A stretch of 64,000 nt of DNA from Octopus sinensis (taxonomy: Eukaryota), in the NCBI RefSeq assembly GCF_006345805.1, contig NW_021833291.1, forward strand, positions 1 through 64,000, in the 5' to 3' direction. Shown here in pieces: positions 63,277 through 64,000 of this stretch (position 1 is the first letter of the stretch; the number at the start of each line of letters is the position of its first letter). The notes below the pieces were generated by a model, which worked only from the letters and a program-made list of their open reading frames with translations, searched no databases and was not told the origin of the DNA. The position numbers were made by a program, and so were the translations under genes.

Positions 63277-63636
63277 GAGTGGCTGTGTGGTAAGTAGCTT
63301 GCTTACCAAACACATGGTTCCGGGTTCAGTCCCACTGCATGGCACCTTGGACAAGTGTCTTCTGCTATAGCCTCGGACTGACCAAAGCCTTGTGACAGGC
63401 AAAGAAGCCTGTCATATATGTGTGTGTGTTTGTATATATGTTTGTGTGTCTGTGTTTGCCCCCCCATCGTTTGACAACTGGTATTGGTGTGTTTATGTCC
63501 CTGTATCAGTTCAGCAAAAGAGACTGATAGAATAAATACTAGGCTTACAAAGAATAAGTCTTGAAGTCGATTTGTTCAATTAAAGATGGTGCTCCAGCAT
63601 GGCCACAGTCAAACAGCTGAGAAAAATAAAAGAATA
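63277..63636 (+). mobile_element. SINE family 1 copy
   Basis: Same A/B boxes and body as the other family 1 copies. Confidence 0.85.
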
Positions 63637-64000
63637 CGTATATATTGTGTGTGTATTTGTTGTCTTGACATCGCCTAATAGTTGTAAGCAGGCATTACCT
63701 TGTACAAGCAGTCTCTTTCATTCCCATTCTTCTGTGAAAAAATGTCCAGCCATGGGGGAATGTTAGCTTACTCGGAAAGAAGTGAGGGTGGATGACAGGA
63801 AGGCTGTAGAAAATTTGCCTCAAGGAATTTTGTCTGTGGAAAAGTGAACATGAAAATGAAGGATAGGTGGTGGTTTTGGTGATGATGATGATGACAAATC
63901 ATGACGACCATGACAAACAAAGATCCAGCATGGCCACAGCTAGTTAGAAAGAAAAAGAAAATGTAAAAGACAGACAATTGATATGTTGGGTTTGTTGAGA

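Overview
AT-rich, microsatellite-dense metazoan DNA, most likely from an octopus or other cephalopod. This is inferred from the SINE/RTE repeat families and repeat composition, not proven. There are no prokaryotic features, rRNA genes, intact tRNA genes or CRISPR arrays. (1) A 5.46-kb intronless + strand reading frame (35865-41324) is broken by 2-3 frameshifts near its 5' end. It encodes a short helical N-terminus followed by about six tandem NHL/TolB-like beta-propellers. It may be nested antisense in intron 1 of a - strand gene whose promoter carries a perfect RFX X-box (43396-43408). (2) Penelope-like element (PLE) material includes an RT + GIY-YIG ORF (10701-12025) and several pseudo-LTR fragments. 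These carry four minimal type I hammerhead-ribozyme folds from three sequence families: one with an intact core (30708-30770, -), one G3-C8 core variant in the loop of a 77-bp hairpin (57746-57796), and two probably dead copies. (3) A ~8-9 kb tandem duplication (1920-9490 / 12025-20945) has the PLE at its junction and an internal triplicated unit with a decayed Trp-rich reading frame. (4) Two RTE LINE fragments have a PHD-like finger inside the RT region and a variable ~62-nt repeat array in the 3' UTR. (5) There are several fold-back elements, MITEs, Helitron fragments, many tRNA-derived SINEs, and a degenerate minisatellite rich in E-box-like motifs. Most ORFs in the supplied track are microsatellite artefacts.
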